Shown here one piece after another: positions 10,671 to 20,211 of a stretch of 64,000 nucleotides of DNA. Origin of the DNA: an uncultured Candidatus Micrarchaeota archaeon (GTDB taxonomy: Archaea; Micrarchaeota; Micrarchaeia; Anstonellales; Bilamarchaeaceae); NCBI GenBank assembly GCA_963714085.1, contig OY970229.1, forward strand, positions 1,152,001 to 1,216,000. Reading direction: 5' to 3'. A program made the position numbers and the translations under genes. Under the pieces are notes generated by a model, which ran no database searches, was not told where the DNA came from, and saw only the letters and a list, made by a program, of their open reading frames with translations. The first letter of the stretch is position 1. The number at the start of each line of letters is the position of its first letter.

Positions 10671-11255
10671 ATGAAACCCACCGAAGTTACTACCAGTGCC
10701 GGAGTAGGACCGCAGAGCAATAGGGAGCGCAAGGCCCTGCAAAAGGCTCTCAGGGCCATAGGGCCCGCGTCCGAAGGGCATATGTCCGGGCGCAGCCTCT
10801 GTTTGGGCGTATCCGCTCTAATCGGAGCCGCTGCCTTCGGAGTCGCCGTCCGCGGGAGCGTACACAAAGGAAACGCTAAAATAGACACTAATGTTGAATT
10901 ACTGTGTTCCGACCAGGGTGGCCTGGAGTCCGTAGGCGAAAGCGAGAGCGGGAGAGGCCTCACGTTCCGCACCACGGAGATAAGGGACACCGTCAAGGAC
11001 CTCGAAATGGCGGACCGGTTCAAGGATCACTTCGGTTATATGGTGGATGTCGTCTATGCAAATGCGTATAAATCGGCCACTGTCACCTTTGAAGTCGGCA
11101 ATCCTAAAGGAGGCACGTACCAACTCGACGGTTCTCGTCCGATTCCCCTGAGAGACGTACTGGCGATCCCATCATGCGCGGATAACATGAACGAAAAGAT
11201 CAGGGGCGCGATGGAAGTCGCAAAATTCAGGGTTCATCGCAATCAGGACCGCTGA
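10671..11255 (+). CDS. Hypothetical protein with one N-proximal hydrophobic segment
   Basis: 194-aa ORF downstream of an AT-rich TATA region (TTTATAAA near 10640). Confidence 0.6.
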   Translation: MKPTEVTTSAGVGPQSNRERKALQKALRAIGPASEGHMSGRSLCLGVSALIGAAAFGVAVRGSVHKGNAKIDTNVELLCSDQGGLESVGESESGRGLTFRTTEIRDTVKDLEMADRFKDHFGYMVDVVYANAYKSATVTFEVGNPKGGTYQLDGSRPIPLRDVLAIPSCADNMNEKIRGAMEVAKFRVHRNQDR

Positions 11256-11362
11256 ACCTGTCTTTTCTGCATCGACGCGGCCAAGAATGAGTCCGATAAA
11301 AAAAGCGTCGTGCGCGCGAGACTGGTCTTTTTTTAATCCCTAACCCTTCAAAAGCGGAAAAC

Positions 11363-13405
11363 ATGGAACTCATAGTGGCAGAGAAGCCGAAGGTAGCGGA
11401 GAAGATCGCCGCGGCCATCGGCACAGGAGTAAAACAGAAGAAAGTCGGCCAGGTATCCTATTACGAAGGCACGCACAACGGCGACGAATTCGTGGTCGCG
11501 CCCGCGGTAGGCCACATATACGGTCTAGCTGAGAAGAAGAAGACGAACACCTACCCGGTGTTCGACATAGAATGGGTCCCGTCCTACGTCGAGTCCAAGG
11601 AGTCGGATTACACCAAGAAATACCTCGACGTGCTGGAGAAGCTGGGTAAGAAGGCGGACGTGTTCGTCTCGGCGTGCGACTATGATATAGAAGGATCGAC
11701 GATCGCGTACAACGTCTTCCGCTTCGCTACCAAGATAAAGGAAGGCAAGAGGATGAAGTTCTCCGCCCTCACATCGGAGACCCTTTTGGAGGCCTACGAG
11801 AACCGGGGCGAATTCGACTACAACAACGCGTACGCCGGCGAGGCGCGCCACATCCTGGACTGGTACTACGGCATAAACCTGAGCCGCGCGCTCATGTCAG
11901 CGCTAAGGGCAGCGCACCGCTACAGGGTGATGTCCATAGGGCGCGTGCAGGGCCCTGCGCTGGACATACTCTGCGACCTTGAGCTGCGGATAAAGGCGTT
12001 CGTGTCCACTCCGTATTGGGAATTGACCGCGGAGGTCAAGGGCGCGGAATTCATGCATTCCAAGGGCAGGTTCCTGGAAGAGGGCGAGGCGCAGACCGCG
12101 CTGGAGCGGACCGCCCAGTCAGGAACGGTCGCTGCGGTCGAGAAGAAGGAGCAGGTGATAAAGCCGAACCCGAACTTCGACCTCACATCGTTGCAGGTGG
12201 AGGCGCACTCGGTATTCAACATTGCGCCTTCCGAGACGCTGGAACTCGCGCAGCACCTCTACGAGGACTCGTTCATATCCTATCCCAGGACGTCATCCCA
12301 GCAGATCCCACCGAGCATAAAGACCAAAGACATAGTCAAGCAGCTCGCCGCCAACCCGGAATACAAGGAGCTGGCAGAGCGGCTGATAAAAGAGAACAAG
12401 ACCACGCCGATCCAGGGCAAGAAGACCGACCCGGCGCACCCGGCAATACACCCGCTCGGGCAGAAGGGCAGCCTGGAAGGCAACGAAAAACGCTTGTACG
12501 ACCTCATAGTGCGGCGCTTTTTGGCGTCCTGCGCCTCCGATGCGAAGAAAGAGAGGACGAATGTCGCCCTGGACGCGGGGGGCGAGCCTTACGAGGCGGA
12601 CGGGGTTGTCACCACGGAACCCGGATGGATAACGTTTTACGGCCAGTATTACAAGTCCGAGGACAAGGAACTCCCCCAATTCTCCAAGGGCGAGAGCGTC
12701 CCACTGAACAATAAGCAGAAGACCAGGAAGGACACCAAGCCCCCGAAGCGCTACACGCAGGCGAGCGTGATATCCGAGCTGGAGCGCCAGCACCTGGGAA
12801 CCAAGGCCACGCGCTCCACCATCGTGGACACGCTGTTCAAGCGCGGCTACGTGGACGGCAAGCCCATAGAGGTCACGGACCTGGGGCTCAAGGTGCGCGA
12901 GGTGCTCCACAAGCACGCCCCTGAGATCCTCGACGAGGCGCTCACGCGCAAGATAGAGGACGACATGGAGCAGATACAGGACGGAAAGCTGGACAAGGAC
13001 ACGGTCATAGGCGAGGGCAAGGAGATACTCACCCAGACTCTGGAGCGCTGGAAGAAGGACGAAGCGAAGATAGGCGAGGAACTCCTTGAGGCGCTGAAAG
13101 CCACCATAGAGAAGGAGAACATGGTGGGCGAGTGCGACAAGTGCGGCAAGCAGCTGCGCATAATCAGGATGAGGACCGGCAGCCAGTTCATCGGCTGCAC
13201 CGGCTATCCGGCCTGCAGGAACACCTATCCGCTCCCCCAGGGCGCGCTCATAAAAACCAGCGACAGGAAATGCCCGGCCTGCGGCAAGCCCATGGTGTAC
13301 GTCATCCGCAAAGGGAAAAGGCGCTTCGAGATGTGCATAGACCCGGGCTGCCCGAGCAAGGCGGACTGGGGGAAGAAGCCGGAGACCCCCAAGAAACAGG
13401 AGTAA
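11363..13405 (+). CDS. topA: DNA topoisomerase IA
   Basis: IVAEKP, ACDYDIEG, SIGRVQ, ISYPRT (catalytic Tyr), C-terminal zinc ribbons. Confidence 0.97.
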   Translation: MELIVAEKPKVAEKIAAAIGTGVKQKKVGQVSYYEGTHNGDEFVVAPAVGHIYGLAEKKKTNTYPVFDIEWVPSYVESKESDYTKKYLDVLEKLGKKADVFVSACDYDIEGSTIAYNVFRFATKIKEGKRMKFSALTSETLLEAYENRGEFDYNNAYAGEARHILDWYYGINLSRALMSALRAAHRYRVMSIGRVQGPALDILCDLELRIKAFVSTPYWELTAEVKGAEFMHSKGRFLEEGEAQTALERTAQSGTVAAVEKKEQVIKPNPNFDLTSLQVEAHSVFNIAPSETLELAQHLYEDSFISYPRTSSQQIPPSIKTKDIVKQLAANPEYKELAERLIKENKTTPIQGKKTDPAHPAIHPLGQKGSLEGNEKRLYDLIVRRFLASCASDAKKERTNVALDAGGEPYEADGVVTTEPGWITFYGQYYKSEDKELPQFSKGESVPLNNKQKTRKDTKPPKRYTQASVISELERQHLGTKATRSTIVDTLFKRGYVDGKPIEVTDLGLKVREVLHKHAPEILDEALTRKIEDDMEQIQDGKLDKDTVIGEGKEILTQTLERWKKDEAKIGEELLEALKATIEKENMVGECDKCGKQLRIIRMRTGSQFIGCTGYPACRNTYPLPQGALIKTSDRKCPACGKPMVYVIRKGKRRFEMCIDPGCPSKADWGKKPETPKKQE

Positions 13406-13415
13406 GTGTTTATTT

Positions 13416-14746
13416 GTGACGTGCTCCCACCCTTAAAAGGTGTGGGCTTCCCGTTTCCTCGTCAGCCATTTTGACTAACTCCACGAGCGTTACTTCCCGA
13501 ATGCCCTTCGGTAGCTCTATTGAGTATGTTTATCGCGGCGTTATGGTCCCTTCCGAGTGAAAGACCGCAGTAAGGACAGTCATGCCGCCTTTCATGCAGT
13601 TCTTTCTTGACCATTTCGCCACAATCACTACATATCTTCGTAGTGTTTGCCGGATTCACCAGCATTACTCTCGAACCAGCGCTTTCAGCCTTGTAAGAGA
13701 GTATACTGATGAACTCACTCCATCCTGCGTCATTGATTGATTTTCCATATTGGTTCTCAGCCATCTCTTGAGATGCCAAATCCTCCAATGCGATCATCGA
13801 GTGAGCATGAACCAACTTCGTTGAGAGTTTGTGCAGGAAGTCCCTCCTGGTGTTCCTGACCTTCTCGTGGATTACCGCAAGGCGTTTCCTTGCTTTCTTT
13901 TTGTTGCTGCCGAACCTCCTTTTTCTCGGCAACTGCTTCTGTTTCGCCCTGAGATTATCCTGATGCTTTTTCAGATGCCTTGGATTCTTGAATGCCGTTC
14001 CGTCTGAAAGGACTGCGAAGTTGATTAGCCCCAAGTCCAATCCAACTTGAGAACCATCGTTCTTTTGGACTGGTTTGGCTTCCGTCTCAGCAATTAGAAT
14101 CGCATACCACTTGCCAGACGCTTCTTTTTTCAGCATGAGTGTTTTGATTTTGCCGATGACTTCCCTATGGAGCCTGATGTTGATCTCTCCGAAGGGGCTG
14201 ACTTTCAGCTTCTTGCCGTGCAGAGAAAACCCGGACTGAGGATAGGTCAATGATTTCATGCGGTCTATGCTCCTGAAACGTGGAAACCCTGCATTTATGC
14301 CCTTCTTCCTCCTTGCGACCATGCCGTAGATTGACTTGTTCAGCCGCCTGAAAATATCCTGTGCTGTCTGGGAATACAGGCCGCATTCGCTTGCTTTGAC
14401 TATTCCATTCAGTTCGTTCATGCTGGAAAACTTCTTCTCCTGCTCGTATTTCTGTTTCGTAGCGTCGAGCATGTCATTCCAGAGGTCTTTCGCCCAATGA
14501 AGATGCAGCTGAAGCTCTGAACGTTGTGCTGCATTCGGATACAGGCGGAATTTGTAGGCTCGGTTCATGATAAAATCGCTGAAATGGTCTTTATAAAGAA
14601 GAACCAGCACAGTGCATTTCCGCGGAGGTATTTCCGTGGAGAATAGACCTCTCGTCCAATGACGAGGACGTCGTATCGTACTGGTGCCTTGAACTTTATA
14701 GTGTTTATCCCACCCCTAAAGGGTATAGGTTTTACCACTCACCTTG
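13416..14746 (-). mobile_element. IS200/IS605-family tnpB-only element, family B
   Basis: Minus strand: TTTAT then CAAGGTGAG... with imperfect left-end hairpin CCTATACCC-TTTA-GGGGTGGG; right-end hairpin GCCCACACC-TTTTAA-GGGTGGG then GTCAC; boundaries inferred from one copy only. Confidence 0.8.
13462..14568 (-). CDS. tnpB: RNA-guided endonuclease TnpB
   Basis: MNRAYKFRLYP, GLDLG, LEDL, CSDC..CPYC, RDHNAA. Confidence 0.95.
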   Translation of the reverse strand: MNRAYKFRLYPNAAQRSELQLHLHWAKDLWNDMLDATKQKYEQEKKFSSMNELNGIVKASECGLYSQTAQDIFRRLNKSIYGMVARRKKGINAGFPRFRSIDRMKSLTYPQSGFSLHGKKLKVSPFGEINIRLHREVIGKIKTLMLKKEASGKWYAILIAETEAKPVQKNDGSQVGLDLGLINFAVLSDGTAFKNPRHLKKHQDNLRAKQKQLPRKRRFGSNKKKARKRLAVIHEKVRNTRRDFLHKLSTKLVHAHSMIALEDLASQEMAENQYGKSINDAGWSEFISILSYKAESAGSRVMLVNPANTTKICSDCGEMVKKELHERRHDCPYCGLSLGRDHNAAINILNRATEGHSGSNARGVSQNG

Positions 14747-14767
14747 ATAAATATTTATGTGCCTAAT

Positions 14768-15541
14768 ATGGGCATGGCAGGATCACAACAATCGCTCCGT
14801 CCCCAGACCCAGATAGCTCCGACTGGTCAAGCCCGGTTCGAGACGAAAAAGCCGCTGGTGGACGCGGTGGTTTTCGGCCTGGATGACACGCTGATAACGC
14901 ACTCATACGGCACCATCACGCCCCCACGGCTGAGGGATGCCGACATACCAGACCTTCTGACGGAGCTCAGGGACAACGGATTAAGGCTGTTCGTAGCAAG
15001 CGGATATCCGCCGGCCAGCGCGCCGGGCCAGGACAACCCAGGTTTAATCAAGCTTTTGACCGACAAGGGGTACACATGCACCGGTAGCGTCACGGAAGGG
15101 GAACATTGGAAAACGGGCTACTCAAGGCCCAATCTAGAGGACCCGGAGGACTCAGGTGCGACGCTACTCATTCCGTCAGCCACGAGCCCTGGGAACGCGA
15201 CTCTTCAAAAGCATCTCCTCATGGAGGAGCTGGGCATCGACCCGTACCTGTTCGAGGCGATATTCTCCTTCCCACATGAGCGCCAGTCCACCATGGAACC
15301 ATACGTCCGGAGCAAAATCGAGATTTACGAGCGCGTCAGGGCGGACACCGGCATAAGCAGCGAACGGATACTGGTCGTGAGCGACAAGGAGGACGAGCGC
15401 AAGGCTGTCGAGGGCATCGGGATCAGATTCGTGCATGTCAAGCGCGCTACCGATGCGGTCTGCGAATCCATGGAAGGCGAGCCGGACATCACGCTCGGGG
15501 AAATGCTCAAGCACCATCTGTTCGGGAACGGCCAGCCATGA
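14768..15541 (+). CDS. HAD-superfamily-like protein with degenerate motif I
   Basis: VVFGLDDTL (motif I-like), LFVASG (motif II-like), ILVVSD (motif IV-like). Confidence 0.6.
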   Translation: MGMAGSQQSLRPQTQIAPTGQARFETKKPLVDAVVFGLDDTLITHSYGTITPPRLRDADIPDLLTELRDNGLRLFVASGYPPASAPGQDNPGLIKLLTDKGYTCTGSVTEGEHWKTGYSRPNLEDPEDSGATLLIPSATSPGNATLQKHLLMEELGIDPYLFEAIFSFPHERQSTMEPYVRSKIEIYERVRADTGISSERILVVSDKEDERKAVEGIGIRFVHVKRATDAVCESMEGEPDITLGEMLKHHLFGNGQP

Positions 15542-15579
15542 AATGAATTCTTTTAAACTCTACCCCATATTCCATAGTC

Positions 15580-16773
15580 ATGCGGGGCATAGCTTCGGTT
15601 GACGTCAAAGGCAAGACGATACTGCTCAGGCTGGACCTCAACGTGCCCATAGAGGACGGAAAGATCGTCCCGGGCCCGCGCATGCAGGTGCACGCCTGCA
15701 CTGCCAAGATGCTCTCGGACAAGGGCGCGAGAGTGATAATACTCGCCCACCAGGGACGAAAGGGCAAGCCTGATTTCACATCCCTGGAGCAGCACGCCAA
15801 GCACCTCCACCACATGATAAAGAAGGACGTCGCATGGGTGGACGACATCGTCGGCCCACAGGCCAAGGAGGCCATAAAGGCGCTAAAAGACGGCGACATA
15901 CTCGTACTGGACAACGTCAGGAACCTGGATGACGACACCAATCATGATGGCAAGATAGTGGAGGAACTATCCCCGCTAGCGGATTATTTCGTCCTGGACG
16001 CGCTTTCAGTGGCGCATCGGAACCAGGCCAGCGTGACGGGCTTCACCAAGACGCTGCCCTCCTTCGCAGGGCCGCACCTGCTGGAGGACGTGGAGGCGCT
16101 CGAGAAGCTCAAGCACAGCAAGGACATCGTATTCGTATTGGGAGGGTCGAAAGTCGAGGATTCTTTCGCGATAATGAAGAAATGGCTGCGCGACGGGCGG
16201 GCGAGGAAGATACTCGTCTGCGGCGCGCTCGCCACGCTGATGCTGCACGCGAGCGGCCACAAGGTCGGCGAGTCCATGGAGTTCCTCAACCTCTCCAACA
16301 TGGAGGCCCACTGCGCCGAAGCCAAGGAGGTGCTGGCGGAATTCAACGACCGCATCTCGCTGCCCGTGGACGTCGGGCTTTCGGTGGGCATGGAGAGGCA
16401 CGAGTGCGGCGTGGCGGACGTCCATCGGGGACAGATATGGGACATCGGACCCAAGACCGTGGAGCTATACAAAGAGAGCATATTCAACTCGCACACCGTG
16501 GTGATGAACGGCCCGGCCGGGGTCTACGAAATGGACGCGTTCTCAAAGGGGACCCGCGGCGTGCTGGAGGCAATAGCCCAGTCCGACGCGTTCTCATTGC
16601 TGGGCGGCGGGCATACAGTGACCGCGGTGGAGAAGTTCGGGATCGAGAAGGAGCACTTCGGCCACATATCGCTTGCGGGCAAGGCCCTCATAGAGTTCCT
16701 GAGCGGGCACGAGCTCCCGGGCCTGAAGGCGCTGGAAGAGAATGAAAAGAAATTCCCGCTCAAAAAGGCCTAA
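15580..16773 (+). CDS. pgk: Phosphoglycerate kinase
   Basis: RLDLNVP, AHQGR, GGSKVED, DIGPKT, NGPAGVYE, GGGHT. Confidence 0.95.
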   Translation: MRGIASVDVKGKTILLRLDLNVPIEDGKIVPGPRMQVHACTAKMLSDKGARVIILAHQGRKGKPDFTSLEQHAKHLHHMIKKDVAWVDDIVGPQAKEAIKALKDGDILVLDNVRNLDDDTNHDGKIVEELSPLADYFVLDALSVAHRNQASVTGFTKTLPSFAGPHLLEDVEALEKLKHSKDIVFVLGGSKVEDSFAIMKKWLRDGRARKILVCGALATLMLHASGHKVGESMEFLNLSNMEAHCAEAKEVLAEFNDRISLPVDVGLSVGMERHECGVADVHRGQIWDIGPKTVELYKESIFNSHTVVMNGPAGVYEMDAFSKGTRGVLEAIAQSDAFSLLGGGHTVTAVEKFGIEKEHFGHISLAGKALIEFLSGHELPGLKALEENEKKFPLKKA

Positions 16774-17186
16774 TCCTTGCTGTAGATATCCTTCACTTTC
16801 CCGGTTATCATGGCCTCTATGCCGAAGACGGTGTCTGTCTCCGGGATGATGATTATCGCAGGCCACTCCAGCCCGAGCATCCAGGCGACGCGCACCCTCC
16901 TGTGCCCGTCTATGAGTATGTCCTTGTTGCCCTTCGTCTTCCTGAGCACGATTATCGGGGTCGAATAGCCATGGCCGATGGCGGTGTTTATCATCTTCAT
17001 CTTCTCAGCGGCCGTCGACTCGGTCTCCTCCCCGGCGTAGGTGTAGTACAGTTCCCCCAGCTGCTCCTTCCGAAGCTTCCTGTCCTCCCTCCTGAACCTC
17101 ATCCCGGGATAAAGCTTCTTGTAGTATTCGATAAGCTTGTTGTACAGCTTCTCCTCTTCCTCAGGCGGCACCAGTCCGACGACCAT
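16770..17186 (-). CDS. ParB/Sulfiredoxin N-terminal-domain protein
   Basis: PIIV...LIDGHRRV motif. Confidence 0.75.
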   Translation of the reverse strand: MVVGLVPPEEEEKLYNKLIEYYKKLYPGMRFRREDRKLRKEQLGELYYTYAGEETESTAAEKMKMINTAIGHGYSTPIIVLRKTKGNKDILIDGHRRVRVAWMLGLEWPAIIIIPETDTVFGIEAMITGKVKDIYSKD

Positions 17187-17238
17187 CCAATCACCAGTGG
17201 CGCTATCGAAGAATAAGATTAAATAGGGAAAGCCCGTG

Positions 17239-20079
17239 TCAGCCCTTCTTCATCGCGATCTTCACGAGCCGTCCGTCTATCTCGTACTCGTTCATCTCTT
17301 TCGCGATTTCGAACTGCACCTTGGAGGCGTTGACCTCCGACGAGAGGCGCTCCGCATGCTTCTCCAGTATGGTCTCGAACTCCTTCTCGCTGGATATGAA
17401 GAGCGTTATCTTGTCCGTCTCCACGAGCCCGGCCTCCTTGCGCATGACCTGTATCCTGCGCTTCACCTCGTTGAGGACGCCCTCCTCGTAGAGGCCCTCG
17501 TCTATCTTCCGGTCTATGTGCACTATGCCGGAGCCGAACATCTGGGACGCGATCTCGCCCGCCGGCTCGGTCTCCACGGTGACGGCCTCCTTGGCGTTCA
17601 TCAGCGTCCTTATCACGCTGCTGAAGGCGTTGACCGCGTCTATGGTCTCGTGGGACTTGGTCTCCACGTAGAGCCGGCGTATCGGCCACCTGGCCTTTAT
17701 GCCCGCGGTCTGCCTTGCGGTGAGGCCGACAGAGCAGACTTCCTTCACGATGCCCATCTGGCTCTCCATCACCGCGTCTATGGCCGCGCTGTCCTCGTCC
17801 TCAAGCCCGAGCAGGAAGACGGACTCCGCGCCCTCGAACCTCCTGAAGAACCTCTGGTAGAGGTGCTCGCATATGAAAGGCGACACCAAGGAGAGCATCT
17901 TGAGCGACGATAACGCCGAGGCGTAGAGCACGTAGAACGCCGCGTCCGCGTTCTCCTCCCTGGCTATCCTGTCTTTCGCGATCTTCATGTAGAACCTGGA
18001 GATGTCCTCCACCAGGAAGCTCCTCAGGCCCCTCACAGCCTTGTTCAGCTCGTAGGACTCGAAGGATTTCCTGAAATCCCTCCGCGTGCTGTTCATCCTG
18101 CTGAGCAGCCAGGCGTCCTCGTGGCCCAGCTCCTTGGGCTTCTCCGGCCTCTTCTCGGGGTGGAACCTCTCGAGGAAGAGGACCACGTTGAACGCTATGT
18201 TGAGGTCCGTGCTCGCCTTCTTCATGTCATCCCAGCTGAATTTGAGCTCGTCCCACATGGTGTTGCTCAGGCCCCAGAGCCTGAAGCTGTCAGCGCCGTA
18301 CCTGTCGAGTATCTGCTCAAGGGGGGTGAAGTTGCCCACGGACTTGGACATCTTCTCTCCCTTCTCGTCCACGAAGAAACCGTGCATGAGCACGCGCTTG
18401 TACGGGCAGGCTCCGTACCTTATCATGCCTGAGCCTAGAAGCGAGTAGAACCATCCCCTTATCTGGTCCTGGCCCTCTATTATGAGGTCCGCCCGCTCGC
18501 CGTACTTCTTCCTCTCGTTATCATCCAGGGCCGCCCATACCGCGTTGCCGGAGTCGAACCACACGTCCAGCACGTCCGGAACACGGTCCATCTCTCCGCC
18601 GCATTCGCACTGCAGCTTTATCTCGTCTATGTACGGCCTGTGGAGCTCCTTGACGTCCTTGGGGAGCTCCTTCCTGGAGCCTATGACATTGATCTTCTGG
18701 CATCCGGGTTTTGAACACCTCCAGATGGGCAGCGGGATGCCCCAGTAGCGCTGCCTGGATATGCACCAGTCCGGCGCCCCCTGCACGAACTCCCTGAAGC
18801 GGTCCTTGGCGAACTCCGGATGCCATTCTGTCTTCTCTATCTGCTCCAGCATCTTCTCCTTCATCTTGGATATCGTGATGAACCACTGCTTCGTGCTCAG
18901 GAATATGAGCGGGGTCTTGCACCTCCAGCAATGGGGGTACCTGTGCTTGACCCTCTCCTCTGCCAGCAGCATGCCCTCGTCCGCGAGTATCTTTATCACG
19001 AGCGGGTTCGCGGCGCGCACGTTCTTGCCCGCGAGCTCCCCTGCCTCCTCGGTGTAGTTCCCGTGGGTGTCCACAGGGCAGAAGGGCTCTATGTCGTACC
19101 TCTTGCCTATGATGAAGTCCTCTGGCCCGTGCCCGGGCGCGCAGTGCACCAGGCCGGTCCCCTCCTCGACCGTTACGTATTCGTCGCTGAGCACGACCTT
19201 CCGCTCGTACTCCTTCCTTATCCTGCCCTGGAACGGATGGAGGTACTTGTAATCCTTGAGCTTCCTGCCGCTGAACTCCTCCACCACGGTGGCGGACTTG
19301 CCGACCATGGCCATGACCCTGTCCAGGAGGTCCTTGGCCAGTATCCACGTCTCGTTGTCCACCTTGACCTTGACGTAGGTCAGCGTGGGGTGCGCCATCA
19401 CGGCCATGTTCGCGGCCAGAGTCCACGGCGTCGTGGTCCATATGAGCAGGTACTCGTCCGGCTTGTCCACGGAGAGGAATTTCACGTATAGGGACGGGTC
19501 GGTCTCGTCGCCGTACTCGAGCTCGTAGTTCGCCATCGTGGTCTCGCACCTGAAGCAGTAGGGGAGCACGTAAACGCCCTCGGTGAGCAGGCTCTTCTTC
19601 CAGGCCTCCTGGAGCGTGAGCCAGCTGGATTCTATGAAGGGGTCCTTGTACGTTATATACGGGTTCTCGAAATCCATCCAGACCCCTAAAGAGAGGAACT
19701 GGCCCCCCATCACGCCCATGTACTTGGTGGCGAACTGCTTGCACTTGGCCGTGAACTTGTCTATGCCGTACTTCTCTATCTCGTGCTTGTGGCCTATCTT
19801 GAGCTCCTGCTCCACCTTCACCTCTATGGGCAGGCCGTGGGTGTCGTAGCCCGCCTGGGCCCGCACGTCGCAGCCGCGCATGCGCCAGTAGCGGCACACC
19901 GCGTCCTTCACGGTCTTGTTCCAGCCAGTCCCAGGGTGTATCTGGCCCGTGGCGTACGGCGGTCCGTCGCAGAAGTAGAACTTGGGGCCGCCCTCATTCT
20001 TCTTCATGGCCTTGGCCACGGTACCCTCGGCCTTCCAGAACTCTGCTATCTCTTTTTCTACCTTTTTGTGATCATACAT
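17239..20079 (-). CDS. ileS: Isoleucine--tRNA ligase
   Basis: DGPPYATG, WTTTPWT, DWCISRQRYWG, EGQDQIRGWFYS, KMSKS. Confidence 0.97.
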   Translation of the reverse strand: MYDHKKVEKEIAEFWKAEGTVAKAMKKNEGGPKFYFCDGPPYATGQIHPGTGWNKTVKDAVCRYWRMRGCDVRAQAGYDTHGLPIEVKVEQELKIGHKHEIEKYGIDKFTAKCKQFATKYMGVMGGQFLSLGVWMDFENPYITYKDPFIESSWLTLQEAWKKSLLTEGVYVLPYCFRCETTMANYELEYGDETDPSLYVKFLSVDKPDEYLLIWTTTPWTLAANMAVMAHPTLTYVKVKVDNETWILAKDLLDRVMAMVGKSATVVEEFSGRKLKDYKYLHPFQGRIRKEYERKVVLSDEYVTVEEGTGLVHCAPGHGPEDFIIGKRYDIEPFCPVDTHGNYTEEAGELAGKNVRAANPLVIKILADEGMLLAEERVKHRYPHCWRCKTPLIFLSTKQWFITISKMKEKMLEQIEKTEWHPEFAKDRFREFVQGAPDWCISRQRYWGIPLPIWRCSKPGCQKINVIGSRKELPKDVKELHRPYIDEIKLQCECGGEMDRVPDVLDVWFDSGNAVWAALDDNERKKYGERADLIIEGQDQIRGWFYSLLGSGMIRYGACPYKRVLMHGFFVDEKGEKMSKSVGNFTPLEQILDRYGADSFRLWGLSNTMWDELKFSWDDMKKASTDLNIAFNVVLFLERFHPEKRPEKPKELGHEDAWLLSRMNSTRRDFRKSFESYELNKAVRGLRSFLVEDISRFYMKIAKDRIAREENADAAFYVLYASALSSLKMLSLVSPFICEHLYQRFFRRFEGAESVFLLGLEDEDSAAIDAVMESQMGIVKEVCSVGLTARQTAGIKARWPIRRLYVETKSHETIDAVNAFSSVIRTLMNAKEAVTVETEPAGEIASQMFGSGIVHIDRKIDEGLYEEGVLNEVKRRIQVMRKEAGLVETDKITLFISSEKEFETILEKHAERLSSEVNASKVQFEIAKEMNEYEIDGRLVKIAMKKG

Positions 20080-20211
20080 GATTATGCACCCCTATCCTCT
20101 GTCTTTCCTAAGTTAGCCCGAAAACCTATATAAACGGTTGTCGGCATATGGAAACGTTGATTAGGGAACATTTAAAAACAGTTTGTAACACAATAATAAC
20201 TAGGTGGAACT

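Noticed and set aside
14616..14640. TCC-NN-GGAAAT as origin recognition boxes
   Set aside because: The spacing differs from the ORB consensus, there is no G-string or orc1/cdc6 gene nearby, and most copies lie inside mobile elements.
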